DNA of 63,971 nt, the filler included, from an uncultured Methanosarcinales archaeon (GTDB taxonomy: Archaea > Nanobdellota > Nanobdellia > Woesearchaeales > CAZKBD01): the NCBI GenBank assembly GCA_964550945.1. It is 5 parts of 5 records of this genome, joined end to end, with 100 filler letters (N's around TTAATTAATTAA, not from the genome) between each part and the next. Parts side by side here need not be neighbours in the genome. Positions count along the whole stretch, not along the records: positions 1 to 16,734 come from CAZKBD010000037.1; positions 16,835 to 31,964 come from CAZKBD010000039.1; 3 more parts are not named here. One strand, written 5' to 3'. Shown in pieces: positions 9,609 through 18,990 of this stretch. The notes beneath the pieces were generated by a model. That model saw nothing but the letters and a program-made list of their open reading frames with translations. It ran no database searches and was not told the origin of the DNA. Every line of letters starts with the position of its first letter. Position 1 is the first letter of the stretch. The position numbers and the translations under genes were made by a program.

Positions 9609-9754
9609 TGTCAAGAACCACCATTCACAGAATGGTGGAATGTTGCTATCATTTGCCACATCAGGTGGTTCTTGAGTATGCTCAGAAATTTTTCAGTTCT
9701 AAAAAGACATTGGCTTTCAGCCTTCAGTTAGAAACGGGTGGAAAATTTCCGACA
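9609..9754. repeat. Two REP-like palindromic elements
   Basis: 12-bp stem 9611-9622/9664-9675; second element TGCTCAGAAATTTT...AAAATTTCCGACA 9679-9754; related to 35788-35894. Confidence 0.55.
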
Positions 9755-9788
9755 TTTTATAAACAAGCAAAGAAAAACATAGGTTATT

Positions 9789-9934
9789 GCCCCTATAGTC
9801 TAGTGGATGCCTATGACAAATGGGCTACAAAGGACACGACCTTGCGGATATAGAGCGATAAGGTTGGAGCCGGGGTTCGAACGCCGTTAAATTTGTGTTA
9901 GCAAATTTATGGCTCGAAAGTCCTCGTAGGGGCG
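9789..9934 (+). tRNA. tRNA-Arg(GCG) with three introns (9809-9830, 9848-9860, 9882-9920)
   Basis: Acceptor GCCCCTA/TAGGGGC, D stem GTCT/GGAC, anticodon stem CGACC/GGTTG with TT-GCG-GA loop, T stem CGGGG/CCTCG with TTCGAAT; each junction forms a BHB-type motif; mature length 72 nt. Confidence 0.88.
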
Positions 9935-10000
9935 TTTTATCTTCTAAAAATAGAAACCTTTATATATGTGGTATCACATATATAAGTAAAGGTGATGTAA

Positions 10001-10225
10001 ATGGCAAATATGACTTTAGCAATTCCTGACGAATTGCACCATAAGATGAAAGAATTTTCAGAGATCAGATGGAGCGAAATAGCTAGAAAAGCAATAGAAG
10101 AAAGGGTAAATGACTTAGAATTTATGAACAAGATTGCATCTAAAAGCAAGTTAACAAAAGAAGACGCAGAAGAGTTAAGCAAAAAGATAAATAAAGCTGC
10201 CACTAAAAAGTTCTTAGCAAAATGA
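10001..10225 (+). CDS. vapB: RHH antitoxin (VapB-like)
   Basis: MANMTLAIPDEL..RWSEIARKAIE ribbon-helix-helix; ATGA overlap with PIN gene. Confidence 0.8.
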   Translation: MANMTLAIPDELHHKMKEFSEIRWSEIARKAIEERVNDLEFMNKIASKSKLTKEDAEELSKKINKAATKKFLAK

Positions 10226-10641
10226 TGATTGTATTGGATACTAATGTATTGATCTCTGCGATAATAAAAGATTCTACAACCAGAAGACTGATAGTTGAAA
10301 GCGAACAAGTCTTATTGTTCCCAGAAGGCATTTTCCAAGAGTTAAGAGAACACAAAGAAGAAATTTTCGAAAAGTCAGGATTAACTAAAGAGGATTATGA
10401 TAAGTTAATTTCAAAAATGCTAAATTATGTGTATATAGTGCCAAATGAACTGGTTGTTTTTCAAAGAGATGAAGCATATCACCTGGTGAAGGATATAGAC
10501 ATAGACGACGTTTTATTCTTTGCTACTGCTTTAGTGTTCAAAAACTCAATAATATGGAGTGACGACAAAAGGATTAAAAAACAAGATAAGATTAAAGTTT
10601 TTAATACTCAAGAGATAATAAAATTGTTAAAAAAGCCATAG
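10222..10641 (+). CDS. vapC: PIN domain toxin (VapC-like)
   Basis: IVLDTNVLISA, D.DD, IWSDD motifs. Confidence 0.88.
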   Translation: MMIVLDTNVLISAIIKDSTTRRLIVESEQVLLFPEGIFQELREHKEEIFEKSGLTKEDYDKLISKMLNYVYIVPNELVVFQRDEAYHLVKDIDIDDVLFFATALVFKNSIIWSDDKRIKKQDKIKVFNTQEIIKLLKKP

Positions 10642-10650
10642 TATGAATGT

Positions 10651-12408
10651 TTATGTCCTCTGCTTCTGATAAATCCTTTCAACATCCTTTATTGTGCTGC
10701 ATTCGTTAACCGGCTTATCAATACGCAAGTTAAGCACTCTCGGAAATCTTAGCGCATAACCGCTAGTATAAGTTGGCGATTTCTGTATCTCGCCATAAGT
10801 GACCTCAACAACTATTTTTGGCTTTACTAAAACAGATTTCCCTTTCTCTTCAGTTATCAAAGGCTTCAGAATGCTTGTAAGCTGCTTAAAGCTAACCCCT
10901 TCCTCTTCCAATTCTTTTATTCCAGTGCCAACTTTTCCGACCTCTAAAAACTCTTTTCCTTTTAAGCAGGAGACCGAAAAAGAAGAAAGCCAATGCGCTC
11001 TTTTGCCTTTACCCCAATCAGCCCCTGTGATAACCAGATCAAGGTTCTCTAGCGTAGGCTTTATCTTGACGCCATAGCCAACTCTTGAGCCTGGCTTGTA
11101 CTCAGCTTCCAGATTCTTTGCCATAAGCCCTTCATTCCCTTTTGCCAGCGCTTCTTCATAGAACTCTTCTGCCTCTTTTTTATTGGAAGTGATGATCTGC
11201 TTTGCCAGCTGTATCTTTTCAGGTATCTGCTTTATTACCCTCTCTAAAGCCTCGCGTCTTTTTTTAAATGGCTCTTTCAACAAGATTTCATCATCAACCA
11301 CAATAGCATCAAACACATTAACCATGACTGGAACTTGCTTGATCAGCTCATCAATATCATATTTTCTTTTGATCCTTTGAGAAATGTTCTGGAATGGCAG
11401 CCATGCCTTAGTTTTTGGATCAATCCCGATAACTTCACAATCAATAATATAATCTTTAGATTTTACAGATTTTTTAACAATATCCACAACATCAGGAAAC
11501 TGGTTAGTGACCTCCTCTAATCGCCTGGTAAATAGCTTAACTTTACCACCAAAACCATGTACCTGCATCCTAAATCCATCGTATTTATATTCGAAAGCAG
11601 CTGGATTCCCAACTCTGGAAAAAGCATCATCCATATCTTCTGCTTTTTGGAACAGCATCACTTTTATCGGCTTTCCAATCTTCAATTCAGTCTTCTCAAT
11701 GCCGTTCAGCTTATGCTCTTTTGCAGATCTTGCAACAACAGCAAAATCATTTGTGATATCATAAGAGCGCTGCACTGCTTCAACTAACTCGTTATATTTT
11801 GCCCTATCCTCATCGCTAACAACATCCAAATTGGTTTTATTGTCATACGCCAAGCCAAATTCCTTCTCAAAAAATGCCCACACTATTGCATCCCTTATAG
11901 AGCCTGCTCCAACTCCAACTCTCATCTCTTCAAGAACAGTCCTGACAATGTATTTTGCTTCCAATGGCTTTGCAGCTGTCAACAATTCTGAAACAAGCTG
12001 TATCTTTTTCTCAACAGCCCCCATCCCTTCTTGTTCTGGAAGCCTCCTTAGGTTATCAAAAACCTTTCTCACAGTCAAATCCTTTGCTGATAAGGTTCTT
12101 TGTTTTTTCTTCGCAATTAACTTCTCTGCTGTAATGCCCAGATCCCCTGTTTTTTTCCATTGCTCCTCAATCTCTTTTGTCGATATTCCAGTTGCAGTGT
12201 GGATTGCTTTTACAATAAGCCTTGAAGCAAACCCTATAACTCTGGAGTCCCATGTAGGAAATACCTTTCCTTGCAATAAAAGCATTATCTCTCCTAAATC
12301 CTCTGCAGTTGTTTTCTTCAGCAGCTCATATATGTAGAATGTTTTCTCTAGTCTCTTGGTTGTTTTCTCTAATCTCTCGTATAGCTCAACTAGATTGTTG
12401 TATTCCAT
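10651..12408 (-). CDS. lig: ATP-dependent DNA ligase
   Basis: EYKYDGFR adenylation motif, EGLMAK, YALRFPR. Confidence 0.97.
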   Translation of the reverse strand: MEYNNLVELYERLEKTTKRLEKTFYIYELLKKTTAEDLGEIMLLLQGKVFPTWDSRVIGFASRLIVKAIHTATGISTKEIEEQWKKTGDLGITAEKLIAKKKQRTLSAKDLTVRKVFDNLRRLPEQEGMGAVEKKIQLVSELLTAAKPLEAKYIVRTVLEEMRVGVGAGSIRDAIVWAFFEKEFGLAYDNKTNLDVVSDEDRAKYNELVEAVQRSYDITNDFAVVARSAKEHKLNGIEKTELKIGKPIKVMLFQKAEDMDDAFSRVGNPAAFEYKYDGFRMQVHGFGGKVKLFTRRLEEVTNQFPDVVDIVKKSVKSKDYIIDCEVIGIDPKTKAWLPFQNISQRIKRKYDIDELIKQVPVMVNVFDAIVVDDEILLKEPFKKRREALERVIKQIPEKIQLAKQIITSNKKEAEEFYEEALAKGNEGLMAKNLEAEYKPGSRVGYGVKIKPTLENLDLVITGADWGKGKRAHWLSSFSVSCLKGKEFLEVGKVGTGIKELEEEGVSFKQLTSILKPLITEEKGKSVLVKPKIVVEVTYGEIQKSPTYTSGYALRFPRVLNLRIDKPVNECSTIKDVERIYQKQRT

Positions 12409-12454
12409 AGTTAAATTTATATATAGGCGTACTTATATAAATAGCTTATTAAAA

Positions 12455-13087
12455 ATGGAATTGCTAGAATCAATAAGAACAAGGCGTTCAATAAGAAAAT
12501 ATCAAGGCAAGCCAGTCGAATGGGATAAAATTGCCAATATCCTCGACGCTGGAAGGCTTGCTCCTTCTGCTGGCAATCTGCAAAACTGGAGATTTATCGT
12601 TGTTCAAGACGATAATGGCAGAAAAAAGATTGCTGAAGCTTGCCTAAAACAAACATGGATTGAAAGTGCGCCCACAATTATAGCTGTAGTTGCTGAGCCA
12701 GAAAAAGCCAGAAGATTTTATGGAGCCAGGGGAGAAAGGCTTTACACTATACAAAACTGCGCTGCTGCTGCTGAGAATATGCTGCTTGCTGCTCATGACC
12801 TTGGCTTGGGTGCATGCTGGATTGGTGCATTTGACGAGCTTATGGTATCAAGAGTGTTAGGCCTTCCAGAGCATGTAAAAGTCAATGCAGTGATCACAAT
12901 CGGTTATCCAGCAGAAAAACCAGAGCAGCCTCCTAAATACAGGATAGAGCATATTCTTTGGTTTGAGACCTGGGCTAATAGGAGAAGGGTTCCAAAATAT
13001 GGCTGGTATAGCTTAGAAGTCGCAAAACAGGTCCAAAAAGGAAAGAAAGCCCTTGAAAAATTGCGTAAAAAAGTGAAAGGCGAGTGA
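12455..13087 (+). CDS. Nitroreductase family protein
   Basis: RRSIRKY, APSAGNLQNW, GLGACWIGAF; start reassigned to ATG 12455. Confidence 0.92.
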   Translation: MELLESIRTRRSIRKYQGKPVEWDKIANILDAGRLAPSAGNLQNWRFIVVQDDNGRKKIAEACLKQTWIESAPTIIAVVAEPEKARRFYGARGERLYTIQNCAAAAENMLLAAHDLGLGACWIGAFDELMVSRVLGLPEHVKVNAVITIGYPAEKPEQPPKYRIEHILWFETWANRRRVPKYGWYSLEVAKQVQKGKKALEKLRKKVKGE

Positions 13088-13201
13088 GTTAACTACCGGT
13101 TTATATTGCTGTTAATTGTTCTTAAACATATATTTTACATCACAGAAATATTTAAATATTAGTGTACTATAGGATATATAAAAATAGAATTAGTCCGTCT
13201 C

Positions 13202-13320
13202 AGTTTTTTGGCGAAAACTTGTTGACGAAACTGTTGCTTTTTTGGCGAAAAGCATTTCCGTATCGTATTATTTGTGTTATTTGAAAAACTATTTTACTTA
13301 ACCACTTATTGGCGATAAGT
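13202..13320. promoter_or_regulatory. Three imperfect palindromes with TTGGCGA core upstream of ftsZ
   Basis: TTTTTTGGCGAAAA at 13204 and 13238; ACTTATTGGCGATAAGT at 13304. Confidence 0.4.
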
Positions 13321-13434
13321 AATTAAGCTGTTTCTTGGGAAAAATATAAAGCATACTACAATATAAATATTTCGGTACTCTAATATGCATATTGAAAAGT
13401 ATGTTTTAAATACCACAAAAAAGGGGGATCCAAA

Positions 13435-14505
13435 ATGGAGTTTATTATAAACAATGCATTGAAACATGCAGAAAGTAATAAAACGCAAGATATGGAAGTT
13501 GGGCAGGCAAACATAAAGGTATTTGGTGTTGGCGGAGCCGGAAATAATATGGTCGGTTGGCTCTACAACAAGGGCATAAAAGGCGCTGAGATCATCGCCG
13601 CAAATACAGACCAGCAACACTTGAATATAATAAATGCTGATAGGAAGTTTCTGCTGGGAAGAGGGGTTACTCGAGGCCTTGGCTGCGGAGGTTTTCCTGA
13701 AAAAGGAGCCGAATCTGCGCAGGAAAGTTTGCAAGACGTAAAAGAATCCCTAAAAGGCTCTGATATGGTTTTTGTCTGTGCTGGAATGGGCGGAGGAACT
13801 GGAACAGGAGCAGCTCCTGTAGTTGCCCAGGTTGCCAAAGATGTTGGCGCTATTGTTATCGGCACTGTGACCATGCCCTTCAAGATCGAAAGAGCCCGAG
13901 TAGATAAAGCTGAATTTGGCTTGCAGCAATTAAGGCAAGTTTCTGACACAGTGATTGTCATTGATAATAACAGGCTGGTAAGCATTGCAGGAAATTTACC
14001 GATACAGCAGGCATTCTCAGTTGCCAATGAATTAGTATCCACTATGATAAAAGGCATTGTTGAAACCATTGCTCTGCCAAGCTTAGTTAATCTTGATTAT
14101 GCAGACGTAAAAGCAATAATGACAAATGGAGGAGTAGCAGCGATTGGTGTTGGGTTTTCTGACACAAACAACAAAGTCGAAGAAGCTGTCAAAGGAGCTT
14201 TGAACAACCCTCTGTTGGATATCAGCTATAAGGGAGCCACAGGCGCATTAATCCATGTATGTGGTGGCCCGGATATGACACTAGACGAGATAAACACTGT
14301 TGGCGAGCTTGTTACTGAAAGTTTAGACCCTGATGCAAATGTCATTTGGGGAGCTCGTGTCCAAGACGACATGAAAGGAAAGCTCACAGTGATGACAATA
14401 ATAACCGGAGTCAACAGCCCTTGGATATTGGGAAAAACAGATCATACTAGGCCAAGCGCTAAAAGCCAGCAGTTAAGCGAAGAATTAGGCATAGAACTCA
14501 TCTGA
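13435..14505 (+). CDS. ftsZ: Cell division protein FtsZ
   Basis: GVGGAGNN, GMGGGTGTG tubulin signature, NLDYAD. Confidence 0.98.
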   Translation: MEFIINNALKHAESNKTQDMEVGQANIKVFGVGGAGNNMVGWLYNKGIKGAEIIAANTDQQHLNIINADRKFLLGRGVTRGLGCGGFPEKGAESAQESLQDVKESLKGSDMVFVCAGMGGGTGTGAAPVVAQVAKDVGAIVIGTVTMPFKIERARVDKAEFGLQQLRQVSDTVIVIDNNRLVSIAGNLPIQQAFSVANELVSTMIKGIVETIALPSLVNLDYADVKAIMTNGGVAAIGVGFSDTNNKVEEAVKGALNNPLLDISYKGATGALIHVCGGPDMTLDEINTVGELVTESLDPDANVIWGARVQDDMKGKLTVMTIITGVNSPWILGKTDHTRPSAKSQQLSEELGIELI

Positions 14506-14634
14506 TTGCAAAGCTATCTTTGCAATCTTTTTACATTCACCCCTTAGTCTTTGTGGTGACGCTATAGCAATATAGCGGTTAGTTCTCTGCCTTCATTTTA
14601 AACCACCCCCAACGGATTCAAATGAAGGCAATTT

Positions 14635-14663
14635 ATCCCCTTCGGGGGATTTTTTTTATTTTT
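14635..14663 (+). terminator. Hairpin terminator downstream of ftsZ
   Basis: ATCCCC-TTCG-GGGGAT followed by T-tract. Confidence 0.7.
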
Positions 14664-14722
14664 AAACGTCAAAAATTCAAACCAACTGAAAATTAGCTCT
14701 ATAAAACGCCATCAGAAAAAAA

Positions 14723-15664
14723 TTAAAACCATTTTCTTCTCTTGAACATAAGAACCATTCCGCTAACAACCAAAACCATCACAAAGATCATTGCCCAAAA
14801 ACCATAAGGATTATGCTGGCCTGGAAGGAAATTAAAATTTGTGCCGTATATTCCAGAAATAACAGTTAAAGGAAGCGCAATTGTAGCTATGATGCTTAAA
14901 GTCTTCATTACCTCGTTCATATTATTTGACACAGCTGACATGTATGCATCAAATGTATTGCTAACAGCTTCTCTGTAATTGTCAATCGAATCAGAGACCT
15001 TGATTGAGCGGTCATACACATCTCTAAGGTAAGGGATAACTTCCTTGGATATATGTTTATATTCATTCTTCGCAATAAAGGAAATTTTTTCCCTTTGAGG
15101 AAGCGTTACCTTTTTTATTGTGACTATCTGCCTCTTCAGTTTCAATATTTGTGTCATCAGCTCTGGTTTTGGCCGTTTTGCCAGCTTCTCTTCAATGCAC
15201 TCGATCTGGTCGTCTATATTCTCCAAAACCGGCATGAAGTTAGCAATTTCTGTATCAAGCAGCCTGTGGAAGATGAATTCAAGCCGTTTGCTGAACAATC
15301 TCCCTAATTTTGTTTTATCTGATTTAAGGTCTTCATAAGACTCTAATCTCAATCTATGGTTTGTAATCAGGAAGTTATCTCCGATTATATAATCAAGCTC
15401 TATCAGCTCTATCGATTTTGTTTTTTTAATCCCATAGAATATGCAGAACAGATAATTTGGGAATTCCTCAACTTTTATCCTGACATTTGAATGTTGCAGG
15501 TCTTCAGCAGTCAGGGGATGCAATTTAAAGATTTTTTGGATAGTCTCTTCTTCTTCCTTGGATATATCTGTGATATCTACCCATATCTTTTTATTTTTAA
15601 GCTTTTTTAAATCGCTTAACTTTCCTTTCTTCAATCCATCTTGATAGTATATTATATCTATCAT
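14723..15664 (-). CDS. corA: Magnesium/cobalt transporter CorA
   Basis: LHPLTAED, MNEVMKTL, GIYGTNF (GMN variant), two C-terminal TM helices. Confidence 0.93.
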   Translation of the reverse strand: MIDIIYYQDGLKKGKLSDLKKLKNKKIWVDITDISKEEEETIQKIFKLHPLTAEDLQHSNVRIKVEEFPNYLFCIFYGIKKTKSIELIELDYIIGDNFLITNHRLRLESYEDLKSDKTKLGRLFSKRLEFIFHRLLDTEIANFMPVLENIDDQIECIEEKLAKRPKPELMTQILKLKRQIVTIKKVTLPQREKISFIAKNEYKHISKEVIPYLRDVYDRSIKVSDSIDNYREAVSNTFDAYMSAVSNNMNEVMKTLSIIATIALPLTVISGIYGTNFNFLPGQHNPYGFWAMIFVMVLVVSGMVLMFKRRKWF

Positions 15665-15760
15665 ATTGCTTGTCCTATATGCTTTGAAGATATAAACCTT
15701 TTTATTTTAAATTTGTTTACTTCAAAAATTTTATAAAAAACAGCGCTTTTCTAGCCAAAT

Positions 15761-16486
15761 ATGCTATATTTGATTGGTATTGGGCTGGCAGATGGAAATG
15801 ACATCAGCTTAAAAGCCTTAGAGATAATAAAAAGATGCAATTTTGTTTATTTGGAAAGCTACACCTCTAAATTGCAATGCAACATCCAATCTCTAGAACG
15901 CCTATACAACAAAAGGATCATAGCAGCAGATAGAAACCTAGTTGAAAATAAAACCAAAGATATCTTAGAAAAAGCAAAAAACAAGGATGTCGCTTTCCTG
16001 ATCATTGGCGATGTTTTCTCAGCCACAACCCATATAATTATGCTGCTGGAAGCAAAAAAACATGATATCAACACAAAAATAATCCACAATGCCTCTATCT
16101 TGACTGCAGTTGGTGAAACCGGCCTTGACCTCTACAAGTTCGGGCGAACAGCTTCAATCCCTTTCAATAATAAAGAGATTGAAACGCCTGTTGAGATTTT
16201 TAAAAATAATTATAAAAATAACCTGCACACATTGTTCTTGCTTGACCTAGACCCGATCAACAACAGATTCATGGCTGTAAGCGAAGCCGCTGATTATTTA
16301 ATAAGAAATAAAGTTGATAAAAAGGCTGTCCTTTGTGCTGCTTTAGGAAGCCAGGATTCATTAATTAAATACGATTCCTTAAAAAATCTGAGGAATATCA
16401 AAATAGAAAAATTCCCTCAATGCCTGATAATCCCAGCAAAAAGGCTGCACTTTGTTGAGGAAGAAGCGCTAGAGCTTTGGAGATAA
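15761..16486 (+). CDS. dph5: Diphthine synthase
   Basis: MLYLIGIGL, YLESYTS, GDVFSATTH, LYKFGRT, LHTLFLLD. Confidence 0.95.
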   Translation: MLYLIGIGLADGNDISLKALEIIKRCNFVYLESYTSKLQCNIQSLERLYNKRIIAADRNLVENKTKDILEKAKNKDVAFLIIGDVFSATTHIIMLLEAKKHDINTKIIHNASILTAVGETGLDLYKFGRTASIPFNNKEIETPVEIFKNNYKNNLHTLFLLDLDPINNRFMAVSEAADYLIRNKVDKKAVLCAALGSQDSLIKYDSLKNLRNIKIEKFPQCLIIPAKRLHFVEEEALELWR

Positions 16487-16487
16487 T

Positions 16488-16733
16488 TTACTTGCAAGCT
16501 CCGTCTTCGCATTTATCGCATCTTATATTCTGGCTGGTGTAAGTGTTGCCTTCACAAAAGTATTCTATAAGTATGTTGCCAACGCATCTGTCATCAAAAT
16601 CAAAATCATCATTGTCTTCTAAAGTGCCTTCTACAGTGCCGCTAACCTCCTTGTTTACGCCACCATCAGAATCAGTGCAGCTTACTTTTACAGCCTCTTT
16701 AGTTTCTTCTGCAACAACATTCGCAGTTGCCTG
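16488..16733 (-). CDS. C-terminal fragment of a Cys-rich secreted protein (truncated by contig end)
   Basis: Minus strand reads ..CTDSDGG..DRCVGNILIEYFCEG..CDKCEDGACK*. Confidence 0.6.
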   Translation of the reverse strand, partial: QATANVVAEETKEAVKVSCTDSDGGVNKEVSGTVEGTLEDNDDFDFDDRCVGNILIEYFCEGNTYTSQNIRCDKCEDGACK

Positions 16734-16734
16734 G

Positions 16735-16834
16735 NNNNNNNNNNNNNNNNNNNNNNNNNNNNNNNNNNNNNNNNNNNNTTAATTAATTAANNNNNNNNNN
16801 NNNNNNNNNNNNNNNNNNNNNNNNNNNNNNNNNN
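16735..16834. other. Artificial contig spacer
   Basis: N44-TTAATTAATTAA-N44 (stops in all frames). Confidence 0.98.
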
Positions 16835-17396
16835 CAAAAACTTAAATTCCGAGTATGTTAAGCTTATCCAATTAGGCTTAGGTTCTGGCTTGTATAAAAA
16901 AATAAAAGAGATTTATAGTGCTATCAGCCATCTGCAAGAAGATCAAATAAGAAAGATGATTGATGAGGCAAAATGCCTCATCAAAGAAGGCCGCATAAAA
17001 GAAGCATTAGCTGATTATGAAAGATTAAATTCCATTTATATAAATATTTTAAATGCCCAGAGAGGATTTATAAAAAAATATATGGTTTATAAATATATCA
17101 AAGGAATTTATAAATCATTAAAACGCCTTCAAGTAAATGGGCTAAAAAACAGGATTAAAGAATCAGGTCTATTAATCGACAACATTAATAAACTTATCGA
17201 AGAACATAAGATTGATGATGCGAAAAAAAGCTATAAGAAATTATGGCTGCACTACTCCAAATTTGCGAGATTATTAGGTGTTAAGGAATATTATTTATAC
17301 TATAATATCAACAAACTGTACCGGAGATTAAAAAATGGATCAAAAACAAGCAATAGCTCTTCTGAGAAAATACTCAAAAGACAAAAAAGATTTTAA
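16835..17396 (+). CDS. C-terminal fragment of a helical-repeat protein, probably the end of the giant protein 47218..53814
   Basis: LQEDQI..LIKEGRIKEALA.YERLNSIYINILNAQ nearly identical to the last repeat of the giant ORF; open from contig start. Confidence 0.7.
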
Positions 17397-17862
17397 AAAA
17401 GTATTGGCTCATTCCAAATCAGTGCAGAAAGCAGCGTTGAGAATAGCAAAAAAAATAAAAAAAGCCGATTTGAAGTTTATCAGGATTGCTTCTTTGCTGC
17501 ATGATATCGGAAGATTTTCCTGCAAGCCCGGAACAAAAGAAAGCATAAAACACGGCATTATAGGATCAAAGATACTAAAAAAAGAGGGGTTTCCAGGATT
17601 AGCGAGGGTTGCAGAGCGCCATATAGGGGTGGGCATCGCAAAATCCGATATAATCAAGCAGAAACTTGATTTGCCATTAAAAGATTATCTGCCAAAGACT
17701 ATTGAGGAGAAGATAATCGCTCACGCAGATAACCTTATTTTCGGAGATAAAGAAAGAAAAATAGGAGATGTCATTAAACGATTTAGAAGAGAATTAGGAG
17801 AAGGTTATGTTAAAAGGGTATTAAGATTGGATAAGGAATTGAAACAAAAAAGATTTAAATGA
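17335..17862 (+). CDS. HD-domain (HDIG) phosphohydrolase
   Basis: HSKSV, LLHDIGR, HG, ERHIG, EEKIIAHADN. Confidence 0.9.
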   Translation: MDQKQAIALLRKYSKDKKDFKKVLAHSKSVQKAALRIAKKIKKADLKFIRIASLLHDIGRFSCKPGTKESIKHGIIGSKILKKEGFPGLARVAERHIGVGIAKSDIIKQKLDLPLKDYLPKTIEEKIIAHADNLIFGDKERKIGDVIKRFRRELGEGYVKRVLRLDKELKQKRFK

Positions 17863-17871
17863 GTTTGGCTC

Positions 17872-18990
17872 TTAAGCTATATGCAGCTGCACAACATCTT
17901 CATCTTCTAATTTGTGCTCCAGATTCCTTATGATCTGGCCTTCAAATTTTGCTGACTTGCCCCATATTCTGGCAAACTTGAATTTATTAATGAAGTCCTG
18001 ATGCAGCCTTGAGCATAAATCTCTTAAGGTATATCCTCTTTTTACTATCATTGGCTCGTCTAAGTCTGCTTTTTTTCCTGCCTGCTTGAGGTATATCCTG
18101 ATAAAATCCAATTTCTCAAATAGCTTTTGTTTTAAGATATCTATTCCTATTTTTTTCTCAGCTGAAATAAAAACATCCGGCTTGATTTGCTTTATCCGTC
18201 CTAATGAATTGTCATCTGCGAGGTCAATTTTTGTTACTATAGCCAAGCTCGGGATGTATACTTTGTTTCCTTCAATAACATCTATAAGCTGGTCTTCATT
18301 TATTTCATCTCTTATCAATACATCAGCATTCGCAATTCTGAATTCTTTTAATATCCCCTCTATGGTCTCATCTTGCAGCTCTAATTTTACTGTTTTTCCT
18401 ATCCTGATGCCTCCTCTTGGCATTTTTTTGATTCTTATATATGGCTTTTTTTGGTTTATCCTGACTCCAGAATCCCACACCTCTTTTAATAAGACATCAT
18501 ATTGCTCAGGATGGAAAACATCCACTAAAATCAGCACCAAGTCAGCATTCCTGATTATCTGGAGAACCTCTTTTCCTCTTCCAGAGCCATCAGCTGCTCC
18601 TTTGATTACTCCTGGAACATCAAGTATCTGGATTTTTGCATGGTTATACTCTAATAGCCCTGGAACAACTTTTAATGTTGTGAAATCATAAGCGCCAACA
18701 GCAGACTGCGCATTTGTTAAAGCATTAAGCAAGGTAGATTTGCCTACAGAAGGAAAACCAAGAAGAGCAACAGTCGCATCGCCTGATTTTCTTACTGAAT
18801 AACCCTCTCCCTTTTTTTTGCCTCTTACTCTTGCTTCTTGTTTGGCTTTTAGTTTTGCTATTTTTGCCTTAACTAATCCTATATGGCGCTGCGTCCTTTT
18901 GTTGTATTTTGTATTTTGTAATTCTTCTTCAAATTCCTTGACCTTTTCAAGCGGTGAAGATCTTTCTGATATATCAGATTCCTGTGGCAT
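17872..18990 (-). CDS. DRG/Obg-family GTPase with TGS domain
   Basis: GFPSVGKST, YDFTT, DVPG, TKID, C-terminal TGS. Confidence 0.95.
   Translation of the reverse strand: MPQESDISERSSPLEKVKEFEEELQNTKYNKRTQRHIGLVKAKIAKLKAKQEARVRGKKKGEGYSVRKSGDATVALLGFPSVGKSTLLNALTNAQSAVGAYDFTTLKVVPGLLEYNHAKIQILDVPGVIKGAADGSGRGKEVLQIIRNADLVLILVDVFHPEQYDVLLKEVWDSGVRINQKKPYIRIKKMPRGGIRIGKTVKLELQDETIEGILKEFRIANADVLIRDEINEDQLIDVIEGNKVYIPSLAIVTKIDLADDNSLGRIKQIKPDVFISAEKKIGIDILKQKLFEKLDFIRIYLKQAGKKADLDEPMIVKRGYTLRDLCSRLHQDFINKFKFARIWGKSAKFEGQIIRNLEHKLEDEDVVQLHIA

Noticed and set aside
9572..9853. 93-aa ORF in the track
   Set aside because: Overlaps palindromic repeats and the tRNA-Arg(GCG); no protein-like features
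16735..16834. Repeated TTAATTAATTAA palindrome flanked by Ns (four times)
   Set aside because: Artificial contig linker with stops in all frames, not biological; neighbourhoods across it are meaningless
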